The notes under the pieces were generated by a model that was not told the DNA's origin, searched no databases, and saw nothing but the letters and a program-made list of their open reading frames with translations. A program made the position numbers and the translations under genes. From contig NW_021836865.1 in the NCBI RefSeq assembly GCF_006345805.1, positions 1 to 49,001 on the forward strand: 49,001 nt of DNA, read 5' to 3'. The DNA comes from Octopus sinensis. Its lineage: Eukaryota. Of this stretch, positions 10,745 to 21,469 are shown one piece after another (the stretch's first letter is position 1; each line of letters opens with the position of its first letter).

Positions 10745-12306
10745 ATGAAATTTGGATTAGAAAAATGCGCCAAAGTAACCCTGAAAACAGGAAAACTAGT
10801 TAAGAGTAACAACATCACACTAGATAAAACCAATGAAATAAAAGAACTAGACCAAAGCCAAACTTACAAATACTTAGGAATCCATGAACTAGATAAGACA
10901 CAACACACACAAATGAAAGAGAAAATAAAAAAAGAATATTATAGACGAGTTAGATCAATACTAAACACAGAGCTCAATGCTAAAAACAAGATAATAGGTA
11001 TCAACACTTTAGCTGTCCCAGTTATAAGTTACAGCTACAATATCCTTAACTGGACACGAAATGAACTGACCAAAATAGATAGGAAAACAAGAAAAATATG
11101 ACAGGATCTAGGATGCATCACCCAAAATCTGACATAGAAAGACTATATACAACGTATAGAAGGTGGTGGTAGAGGCCTTATACAGCTGGAAAACTACTAT
11201 AAAATAACCACCATAGGACTGCAAAAATATCTACTTCAGAAGGAAGGAAAACTGATCCAGATAGCGGCAAAACACGAGCAAAACAAAAAACTGTTCTCAG
11301 TATTTAAGGAAGCTGACAAATACAAACAAGAAATCATACCACCTAATAAACATGAAGAAGAAGAAGATGAAGGAACAACAAAAGCTATAAAACAAATGAA
11401 ATCCAAACTAAAAATAGAACAGCAACGAACCATGATAAAACGATGGCAAGAAAAGCCCCTTCATGGTAAATACTGCACTAAACTAAACGCAAAAGAAATA
11501 GACAAAGAAAAATCCCAGCAATGGTTGAGAATCTCAGGATTCAAAGCAGAAACAGAGGGATTTTTTAATTGCAGCACAAGACCAAAGCCTCCCCACCAGA
11601 AATTACCAAAAACATGTAATGAAAAGAAATATTACAAGTAACTGCAGAATATGTGGAGATGGACAAGAAACAATAAATCATATTATCTCTAGCTGCCCAG
11701 TCCTAGCTAAGAAGGAATATATTCACAGACATGACAGAGTTGGAACCTACATACATTGGAAGCTATGCCAACATTATGGAATAACAACAGAAAAAAGATG
11801 GTATAGGCACACACCAGAAAAGGTCACAGAAAACGAGAAAGCAACCATACTCTGGGATATGCCGATACACACAGATAGAGAAATTAAGGCCAACAGACCA
11901 GATATAGTTGTCAGAGATCATGAAGAAAAAAAATGCTTTCTAATTGATGTATCAATACCGGCTGATGACAACGTGTCTCTAAAAGAAATGGAGAATCTCT
12001 CAAAATACAAAGACCTGGAAATAGAGGTAACTAGAATGGGGAATCTGAAAACAGAAACAATTCCTATCATAGTAGGTGCATTAGGCATGATAAAAAAATA
12101 TTCAGACAAATACATAACAAAAACACCAGGACTTACAAACACATATAACATACAGAAAATTGCACTACTAGGCACTGCACACATCCTACGCAGAACACTT
12201 TCCATACAATAACCATCAGAGCATCACAATAAATCACAGCACATACCCAAGGCACACAGAGCTGTGCTCGGTAGTGAAGTGAAAGCACGCTATAAAAATA
12301 AAACTA

Positions 12307-12309
<3 letters not shown>
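10745..12309 (+). mobile_element. 5'-truncated R4/Dong-clade non-LTR retrotransposon: RT C-terminus, CCHC finger, restriction-like endonuclease and 3' UTR
   Basis: MKFGLEKCAKV..YKYLGI (RT end), CRICGDGQETINHIISSC (CCHC) and RPDIVV..LIDVSIP..KE.E.LSKY (PD-D/E-K RLE). Flanked by (TAA)n. Three frameshifts and no in-frame stop in the reconstructed frame; ends at 12212. Confidence 0.92.
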
Positions 12310-12358
<49 letters not shown>

Positions 12359-12371
12359 TAATAATAATAAC

Positions 12372-12405
<34 letters not shown>

Positions 12406-12649
12406 TAATAATAATAATAATAATAATAATAATATAATAATATTAATAATAATAATAATAATAATAACAACAACAACAACAACAGCAATAATAATAATAA
12501 TAACAACAACAACAACAACAATATAATAATAATAATAATAATAACAACAAGAATAAATATAATAATAATAACAACAACAACAACAAAACAACAACAAAAA
12601 CAAAAACAACAACAACAACAACAACGACGACGACGATGAAGATGATGAC

Positions 12650-12688
<39 letters not shown>

Positions 12689-12690
12689 AA
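12310..12690. repeat. Compound triplet tract TAA > CAA > CGA > TGA
   Basis: Direct reading. Confidence 0.95.
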
Positions 12691-12866
12691 AGGGTATAAA
12701 TCATTAATGATTCTTACCAGGTGGTCAGCGCGGAAATAAAAGCCTCATAGGTAAATTTTACAAATATTCATGGACACTAGTGAATTTATGCTATGGAATA
12801 CCGGCGCTGATAAGGGCAATAGGTAATATATTTCTTTTACTTTAAGCTGGAAACAGGATCTTGTAC

Positions 12867-13010
12867 GCGGTTAACCGAAAAGAGACCGATAGAATAAGTA
12901 CTGGGCTTACAAAGAATAAGTCCCGGGGTCGATTTGCTCGACTAAAAGGTGGTGCTCCAGCATGGCCGCAGTCAAATGGCTGAAACAAGTAAAAGAGTAA
13001 GAGTAAAGAG
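12867..13010 (+). mobile_element. SINE family A 3' fragment
   Basis: GAAAAGAGACCGATAGAATAAGTACT..GAAACAAGTAAAAGAG. Confidence 0.85.
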
Positions 13011-13210
13011 ACTTCTTTAACAGAGTCACTTACAAATGCCCGTGTGTAAACAGATTTCCAGGGAAAATAGAATGGCTTTACTCAATTATTAATCATTTGG
13101 ATTTATTGACTTTCATTACGAATGTTGGAAAAGTGTCAGATGGTCTCATTCTAATTCTTGGCAAACTGATATAAATTTCACCCTCCGGAACGGCGTCGCC
13201 TTCTATTATA

Positions 13211-13618
13211 TCTCTATATATATAAACGGCAGTTTGTCTGTCTGTGTGTCTGTGTGGCTGTCAGGTTATACCCTCACCCTGACCACGGCTTTCAACCGAT
13301 TCTGATGAAACTTGACACACACATAGCCCAATGTCATAATTCAAAACTAACGCTGCAAAAATTTTGAAAAGTTCCCCCAGTTTTGAAAAAAATCGATAAA
13401 ATCGACATGGGGTCGAGAATCTAAGCCTTTTATATGCAACACATTTTCTGTCGGGAGACAACTAGGAACATCGTATACATAGAAGTATTCAAGTGAAGAG
13501 AAGACATTGCAACCTACACATGCGACTTCGTTCCCTAGAGGGAAAGAACTAGATTGGGATTAGTCGTTGCCTACTAAGGGCTCTTACATACCCGGGCAAC
13601 GCCGGGCTATGCTGCTAG
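13211..13618 (+). mobile_element. Non-autonomous Helitron
   Basis: A|TC start (TCTCTATATATATAAA), subterminal hairpin CCCGGGCAACGCCGGG at 13591-13606, CTAG|T end, and no TSD. Confidence 0.9.
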
Positions 13619-13644
13619 TGTTCATTTAAATGGGTCATTCAAGG

Positions 13645-13845
13645 TAGTGAATCGTTAGCACGCCTAGCTAAATGCTTAGCTTAGAGGCATTTCGTCCATC
13701 TTTACGTTCTGAGTTGAAATTCCACCGAGGCCGACTTTGCCTTTCATCCCTCCAGGATCGATAAAACAAGTACCAGTTGAGCATTGGGTTCGATGAAATC
13801 GACTTACCCGCTTCCCGAACTTGCTGGCTTTATAGCAAAATTTGA
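13645..13845 (+). mobile_element. SINE family B
   Basis: TTACGTTCTGAGTTGAAATTCCACCGAGGCCGACTTTGCCTTTCATCC..GATCGATAAAA..GTACCAGTTGAGCA. Confidence 0.8.
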
Positions 13846-14047
13846 AACCATTTAAATGAGTCATTCGAATTCTTTTTCCATTATAAAGCTCATTAATTAA
13901 TTTTGTCTAAATTTCGCAGTGACTTTACAACACAATACTTTTTCTGCAAAGTCAAAATGCGAATCAGAACCATTTAGAAACTCTATTAATTAACTTTGCA
14001 TATTGTCTTTATCATCACAACAAGTAAATGTTTCTCCATTAAATGCG

Positions 14048-14293
14048 TTGATAATTTCCTCGTTTCATGGCAGTTTAATGACATGCCGCTCTCTCGCTTG
14101 ATAATTTCCTCATTTAATGACAGTTTAATGTGTCGCTCTTTCACTTGATAATTTCTTCGTTTAATGTCAGTTTAATGGCTTGCCGCCTTTTCTCTTGATA
14201 ATTTCCACGTTTATTGGCAGTTTAATGGTGTGCCGCCCTTTCTCTTGATAATTTCCACGTTTAATGGCGAATCAAGAGAAAAAGCGGCATACC
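14048..14293. repeat. Minisatellite of about 50 bp (4.5 units) ending in an inverted partial unit
   Basis: TTGATAATTTC starts at 14048, 14098, 14145, 14195 and 14245. 14271-14293 is the reverse complement of a unit junction. Confidence 0.9.
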
Positions 14294-15193
14294 CTCAAGT
14301 GGCTATGTAAAGTGGCCCTTGACGCTGCGGGGTTTTTCTTCCTGCCTGCACTTAATAGTTTTAAAGTGGAAATACACGCAATCCGATCCCATTCTTTAGA
14401 CTTGGAGGTCTAATCACACTGTTTCAGCGAGCTAAGACAGCTACGGAGACCAACAAGTTGAAGATTTTACATTGAAGTGGACTCCTCGGTAAATTGCTTT
14501 ACAGAGCCACTGTGTTCTACCAACCCTCAAGTTGCCGGGAGGGTGTCAAAGGGGGCACTGGATGGCTTAGCCACTCTTTGATTTGCGATTGACTCACCTA
14601 GCCGTTTCCTTTCCCAAGGCACTCACAAAGTAGTGAGAGTTTGTTTGGAGATTCTTTCATAATATACCAATTAACCCATTGCTGAGACCCTGACAGGTAT
14701 TATTACTCCTGGTCAGAATAGACTTATTAACAGTTGTGGCTGAGAGGTGGTTCCATACTCCTAAAACCCTGGAACTCTGGATGCGTTTTAAAATTCTTCG
14801 TTTATAGAACTGGTAACATTATTGTTAGGAGATAGTATTGTTTAGTTTCTGAAGTCTGAAATAAGCAAGGGCTCGTCAAAAAATTTTACTTATCATTTCA
14901 TATTCATTCGTTGCAATCTCAGCACCATATCAACTTTTCTCTCTTCGCCAATACAAAAGTGAAAAACCAATCAGCATGGTCCTTCAATTCTGCAGTCGCA
15001 ATTTCATGCTAAGTGTCAGTTCTATCGCACGCTTTCAAAATGAAGAATAGATATTATGTTCGTGATAGCAGCTGTTACAACATTAGTTTTTAAGGAAAAT
15101 GGTAATCGAAGATCGCCTTCAAGCATTAGGATTTGATATCAAAAGATAAATCATTTTATAAAAATCACAAAATGTGCTATTAACATGCACGTA

Positions 15194-15700
15194 CGAGGGT
15201 GAGCTGAAAGGTTCATAGGCTGATTGTGAAGGTGTGATGCTAGAGTTACAAAATCTTGCATGCTTTAATTTCAACTCTTCTTATTAATAATTGCATTTTT
15301 TTGGAGGGGGGGTCTTTTTACAGGCAAACTGATATCTGACCGTTCAAAGAAAACTTCAAAAGTAACTAGTAGCGACTTCCCTTGAAAATGGACAGAATTT
15401 GGCAGCGTGGTATTATCAAGTATGTGCCAAAAATGTGTTTAGCCCCCAAAGACATTCATGCTGACATGGTCGCTACATTAGGGGATGATACTCCAGCTTT
15501 ATCAACAGTGCAAAAGTGGGTAACTGAATTTAGAAGGGAGAGTCTTGAGGATGACCCAAGGTCTGGATGACCTGCAACTGCTACTACCGAGGAAAACATT
15601 GATTGCGCTCGCCACTTGGTAACAGCTGACGGGTGATTGATTAGAAATCAATTAGCCAATGTTATTAGCCTGGCCCGCGAGAGAGTTGAGAATATTCTCA
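15194..15700 (+). mobile_element. Mariner transposon 5' remnant (TIR plus transposase N-terminal HTH)
   Basis: TA|CGAGGGTGAGCTGAAAGG start; MDRIWQRGIIKY..IHADMVATLGDDTPALSTVQKWVTEFRRESLEDDPRSG*P. Confidence 0.9.
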
Positions 15701-16434
15701 TTAAGGGTTTTCAAATATCTCGTGAATCTGGAGCGGCACGCGAAATTTTTTTTCCCACGAGAGTTCCGGACCCCAGTAATGAACTCAATTGCATATAACC
15801 AATCAAAGCAGAGCCACCTTTATCCTTTCTTCCTTTCTAGTCAGCATTGTGCATTCTTTACTCTTTCCTTGTCTAGGTTAATGTTTGTTCCTTTTCGTCA
15901 TTGAGCATTGAGATGGCTATGAGGTGTGCTAAAAATAACAGCTAAATAAGATTTTTTTTTATAAATCTTTTAAATTAAAGTTTATTTACCAACATCTCGC
16001 TCAGAGATTTATAACTAACTGTTTTTCTTTTAAATTAATAGAAACATTTATCTACGTGAAAGAAAATTACCGGAGAACTTCCATTTAACTCCTCTAAACC
16101 TTTCTGTTAAAAATTGTCATGTGTTTATCGCATTTGCATTAAATACTGATGGTTGTGAGGTATGATGAAAATAACAGCTAAATAAGATTTCTTTGCATGA
16201 AATAAAATTACCGGAGACATAACACGTTATTTACAAATATTCTTTTCTACTCAAGGCGCAAGGTTCGAAATTTTGGGGTTGACTAGTGCTAAAATTTATA
16301 GACTCCAATTGGATGAAAGGCAAAGTCGACCTCGACGGAGTGCTATTTTCAGAATATTGACAACAGTCTACAAAACCTTCAAGCAGTTTCCGTACTTTAA
16401 ATCAAACCTGCCGCTAACAAGCGTATGTGTTCAG

Positions 16435-16619
16435 TATCGATGATATTGGCAGCGGAATGAGAGCACAATACAAGAGTCGAAATGTTAACCGGAGGTCGCC
16501 ATTTTGAATGCCAACATTTGTTAACCTGATATGGTAAAGGCGAGCTCTGATTGGTTCACGTTGGAAAAAAATTTCGCGAGCGGCTCTTGCCGACTTTGCC
16601 GCATACATCACAAGTAAGC
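16435..16619. promoter_or_regulatory. Putative housekeeping or bidirectional promoter island
   Basis: Locally CpG-rich. DRE-like TATCGATG at 16435, ATTGG (CCAAT) at 16445 and 16550, YY1-like CGCCATTTTG at 16497-16506, E2F-like TTTCGCG at 16572, donor-like CAA|GTAAGC at 16614. Confidence 0.4.
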
Positions 16620-16779
16620 GAGTCTGCAATTACGAATTAAGCATAATTTGTTGATGGGTTGTCTATATTCATCCTGGGGTAACTAAGTTCTGCATTTTGA
16701 CCAGCATATTCGGATACACACGTTACAAACAAACAGTAGAACAGCTGGGATTGCTTCCTCTTTCTTGCAGGCAGCTTTT

Positions 16780-16960
16780 TTTGTTTTTGCCCGGTTTATT
16801 GACTTTAGGGTTAGGGTTGCATGGAATGAGCAGCGTCCTTTATTTATTTGTGAAGAAAAAAAAGATACCCTTACCCCCACCCCCAACCCTAACCCTAACT
16901 AACCCTAACTAACCCTAACCCTAAAAGAGATTGAAATGCAATAGATCGATACTAGGGTCA
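16780..16960. repeat. CTAACC-array element related to the 2210-2419 interior
   Basis: GAAGAAAAAAAAGATACCCTTACCCCCACCCCCAACCCTAACCCTAA resembles GATGAAAAAAGAAACCCTTCCCCCACCCCTAACCCTAA at 2270-2310. Confidence 0.6.
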
Positions 16961-17048
16961 TAATTATGGGTAACATGACAACACGAATAGAATAAAACTT
17001 ATTTTATTCTGTAAATTTTAGAATACCTTCTCCACTAAGCGGATATAC

Positions 17049-17482
17049 CTACATACATACATGCATGCATACATACATACATACATACATACATACATTC
17101 ATACATACATACATGCATACATACATACATACATACATACATACATACATACAATCATACATACATACATACATACATACATTCATACATACATACATAC
17201 ATACATACATACATGCATGCATGCATGCATGCACGCATACATACTACATACATACATACATACATACATACATACATACATACATACATAAATGCATACA
17301 TACATACATACATACATACATACACATACATAAATGCATACATACATACATGCATACATACATACATACATACATACATACATACATGCATGCATGCATA
17401 CACTCATACATACATACATATATACATGTATGTATGTATTCATATACGTATGTGTGTGTGTGCGTGCGTGCGTGTGTGTGTG
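17049..17482. repeat. (CATA)n/(CATG) microsatellite followed by (GT)/(GCGT)n
   Basis: Direct reading. Confidence 0.95.
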
Positions 17483-17725
17483 TGGTCAAAAGATGAGATC
17501 CAGTGATTCTCGGTATAGAAAACACTTAGTAGCGTTCGAATGATTCGAACGTAGACACCTTTATGAGGGACCTATTCTGCGGGGTAAAGAGTGGGTGTAA
17601 GAGGAATCAAGATGAGCAGATACGGAAGCCGAGAGAAAATATGGAAGGACAGAGAGGATAAACAAGTTAAATATAACGGCTTGGGTTTGACTTACAATAT
17701 GTATATATATATATATATATATATA

Positions 17726-18123
17726 CTAGCAGTATCGCCCGGCGTTGCTCGGGTTTGTAAGGGAAATAACTATATAAGCATATTTAGAGAGTTATAGCCA
17801 AAAAATAGCCAAAAAATGCATTAAAAATGGAAAAAAAATGATGGTAAATTTTTTTTTAATCGTTGACTCATCGTAGACATTTTTAGAGAGTTACTTCCCT
17901 TATATAATAGCGAAAAAATGCATTAAAATGGAAAAAAAATGATGGTAATTTTTTTTTAAAATCGTAGACTCATCGTAGACGCGCGTTAATACCCAGAAGG
18001 GCTCGATATGTATCACGACTATAAGATACCCGCTTTTGGTTAAACTGCACCGCAAAATGTGGGAGTAGTTAGGAATCTAAATCGTAGGAGACAGACACAC
18101 AACCTCACTTTTATATATAAAGA
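17726..18123 (-). mobile_element. Non-autonomous Helitron inserted in (TA)n
   Basis: Minus strand starts A|TCTTTATATATAAAAG and ends with hairpin CCCGAGCAACGCCGGG then CTAG|T. Termini resemble 13211-13618 but the interior differs. Confidence 0.9.
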
Positions 18124-18237
18124 TATATATATATATATAATTAATAAATTTTAGGGTAGCAAAAAATTCTATAAAAATTCTCCGCTACCAGCGGTCAAGT
18201 GAGAAAGAAAAAATAGTCAATAGACTATATAATATAC

Positions 18238-18425
18238 ATGGCCATAATAGGACATCCGACTCACTAGAAAGAGCAGCCAAACTCTAAACCACTAATAGTT
18301 GTAATTCTGAAATGGAAAGAGAAATGGAGAGGGTAAACGTTTTTATTCCATTTCAGAATTACAACTATTAGTGGTTTGGAGTTTGGCTGCTCTTTCTAGT
18401 GAGTTGGATGTCCTATTATGGCCAT
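18238..18425. repeat. 80-bp inverted repeat with a 28-bp spacer
   Basis: Arms 18238-18317 and 18346-18425 have 2 mismatches. Confidence 0.95.
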
Positions 18426-18436
18426 CCCTTATATGT

Positions 18437-18510
<74 letters not shown>

Positions 18511-18515
<5 letters not shown>

Positions 18516-18795
18516 TTTTTATATTCGTCCCTTTTGCTGTCCTGGTGTCCGTATGCATTCGATCCTTCTTCCAGGAAATCTACGCTCCCAGCTTAGTTTT
18601 TCTAATGCTCGTTGCTTAGTTTTTCTTGGAGGGCTGGCCGTGATCTAGTAATCTCAAGATTAATCAGCCGAAATTACTACGATGATCCGGTTCTTGACTG
18701 AAGACTGAGGGTTTCGAATGTCCTGTCCGTGTTTATTGTATCGTCTTCTAAGAGTTATACGTTCTTGTCCATGTTGTATTTTTCTACATACCTTA

Positions 18796-18833
<38 letters not shown>

Positions 18834-19109
18834 TTTTTATATTCGTCCCTTTTGCTGTCTGGTGTCCGTATGCATTCGATCCTTCTTCCAGGAAATCTAC
18901 GCTCCCAGCTTAGTTTTTCTAATGCTCGTTGCTTAGTTTTTCTTGGAGGGCTGGCCGTGATCTAGTAATCTCAAGATTAATCAGCCGAAATTACTACGAT
19001 GATCCGGTTCTTGACTGAAGACTGAGGGTTTCGAATGTCCTGTCCGTGTTTATTGTATCGTCTTCTAAGAGTTATACGTTCTTGTCCATGTTGTATTTTT
19101 CTACATACC

Positions 19110-19113
<4 letters not shown>
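18511..19113. mobile_element. Two near-identical 285-286 bp modules in tandem, separated and flanked by (TA)n
   Basis: 18511-18796 and 18829-19113 differ by one visible 1-nt indel. Confidence 0.9.
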
Positions 19114-19148
<35 letters not shown>

Positions 19149-19989
19149 CTCCAAGAAAGTTAGGGGTTGTGAGGCCAACCCACCAAGGGATAATATCTAT
19201 CCAATATACTGTTGGTAGAATACCCAATTATTAATACACAAGTGTTTTTTATTGCATTGCAATTAACTTACCTATTGTATTAAATGGGTGAAGGTAAAGA
19301 TATATTTTACCATTAATTTATATTGCAAATAAAAAAAATGGACGAGAACAATTGTTGGTTCATCAACTTTAGGATTTCTGGACCTCCCCGTTTTATGGAG
19401 ATAGTCAAATTATATACTTCAAATGTAAACTTAACTTTAAAAAGTGTTAAACTATTTTTAACAGATTCAAATTAATAGACTTTTAAAAGCAAGGTCTAAT
19501 TGATATTTATTAATCCACTTCAAGTTCTTAACGGGTACAACTTAATACACTTGTGAAGCAGGGAATGCTTAATCTTTATCAATCCACTTGAAAAAATAAA
19601 GAACATGATCTTATATAACAGATACAGGGGATCTTTTCATTTTGAAAGCCAGATTTTTCTAGTTAACTAAATAATTTGAAACTTCGTATACTGGTAGAAT
19701 GTGTCAAAAGAAAACAATAATTTCAACTAGTTTTTTTTGACAAAAATGTATTTTATAAGTTTAAATCTGCGAATTTTAACCAATCGTAAAAAAATTCTAA
19801 AGCGGAGTATGGTTAATCTTATCAACCCACTTGAAAATGTAAAGAAGAAAACTAATTTAAACACGCCATATGCAATTTAACCAACTTCAAAAAAAAACAG
19901 GGTCTCTTTACTTAGTATTGAGTACAGTATATCGAATGATATTGCATCATATAATTTCCTGATTTCTGGAAACCGGATAAGCAGTCCCG

Positions 19990-21423
19990 TACTGTATTGG
20001 ATATGTATTATGAGGGAGAACGATGGGGATGAAGAGAGAAAAAGAGAAAGAAAGAGAAGCAGGATGAGGAAAGGGAAGTGAAAGTAGCAGATCGAAAGCG
20101 GAAGACGAGTTACGTTCAATGATGTAATGTGGTGAAGAATGTTATGATTGGTCAGATGGTAACATCGACGGCAATTTGGTTGAGATGAAAGCGTAGTAAA
20201 GTGGGTGAATGTGAGGAGGATCGTGAGTAAGAGAAGGAGGGAAGGGGGAGTCATAGAATGAGAGAGAGAGAGAGTGAAAGAGAAAGAAAGAGGAATAGAT
20301 GGGGAAGAAATGATAAGATGAAGAGTTAAACAGAGAAGGAATAGTAAGAGAGAAAAGAGGAGTAAGAGAGAAAGTGAAACATCACAGAGAGTGAAAAAAA
20401 TGAAAGGAAGAGAAGGACAAAATAATCAATCAGAAATGGCGAAAAGATGAAGAAAGAGAGAGAGTAAAGGAGATAGGAAAGACTGGAGAAAATGAAAAGA
20501 GTAGCGAATGTAAGAGAAAGTGAAAAAGAGAGAGAGATGACGATGAAGCATATATTACTACTGAGAAGAAGTAGAAAGCTTAAGAGGTTTGGGAAAGAAA
20601 AACAGACACCGAGAAAGAAACATTAAGTGAAAGTAAGAGAAATGAACAGAGTGTGTGCGCATGTGTATGTGGTGTGTGTCACGTGACCTAATGTGGAGAG
20701 CAGACGACATATCAAGTGACCACTATAGAAGCTATATGACGCTATCATGCTATGATGTTTATCTGTTATTGATGCAGTTATGACATGTCATAACTTTGGT
20801 ACTAGTAACAGATAGATTAAATGTCAGAAATATATTGACTGTGAGTGGTAGACAAAATACAGCGTCAGACAAAATACAGTGCAATAGTTAATTCATGAAT
20901 TTTTGTGCTTTGAGTTCAAACTCCCGTCTAAGCCACTTTTTCATCCATCCTTCCAAGTTCATTAAAATAATATACCTATTTCTTTATTACCCACAAGGGG
21001 CTAAAGACAGAGGGGACAAACAAGGACAGACATAGGTATTAAGTCGATTACATCGACCCCAGTGCGTAACTGGTACTTAATTTATCGACCCCGAAAGTTC
21101 ATTAAAATAATATACCGTTTGAATAACAGACCTGTAGTTGATTTCGAAGGCTGAGCCCCAGAATGGCCACAGATCAGTGAGTGAAATCGCGACGAAAATA
21201 AAAGAACGAAAAATAAAAGTATTGGTTATCGTTGAGAGATACGCAGTGACTCCAGGGAGCATAGACACCTGTGTGTATTCGCCACCTCTTATCTCCTTGC
21301 TTTCTCTTTCAGTTCCTTTCCGTATCATTACCACTTTCTCTCTAAATTCTTCTCTCCTAGGTTATCTCATTCTCTCTCTACCTACCTGTCTACCTACGTA
21401 TCTACTTACCTTTCTATCTATCT

Positions 21424-21469
<46 letters not shown>

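Noticed and set aside
14048-14293. CRISPR-like repeat array (also considered for 37578-37917 and 3045-3500)
   Set aside because: The units are contiguous and degenerate, without unique spacers. The context is eukaryotic and there are no cas genes.
16840-16925. Telomere or interstitial telomere
   Set aside because: There are only a few imperfect CCCTAA units, and they lie inside a dispersed repeat also seen at about 2290.
18695-18725. Hammerhead ribozyme core CTGAAGA..CGAA (CTGAGGA in the 277 copy)
   Set aside because: There is no stem II pairing, GAAT replaces GAAA, and no matching stems I or III were found on either strand.
18690-18796. Minus-strand peptide ITLRRRYNKHGQDIRN resembling a GIY-YIG helix
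   Set aside because: The frame is not conserved in the homolog at 277-437 and there is no GIY or YIG motif.
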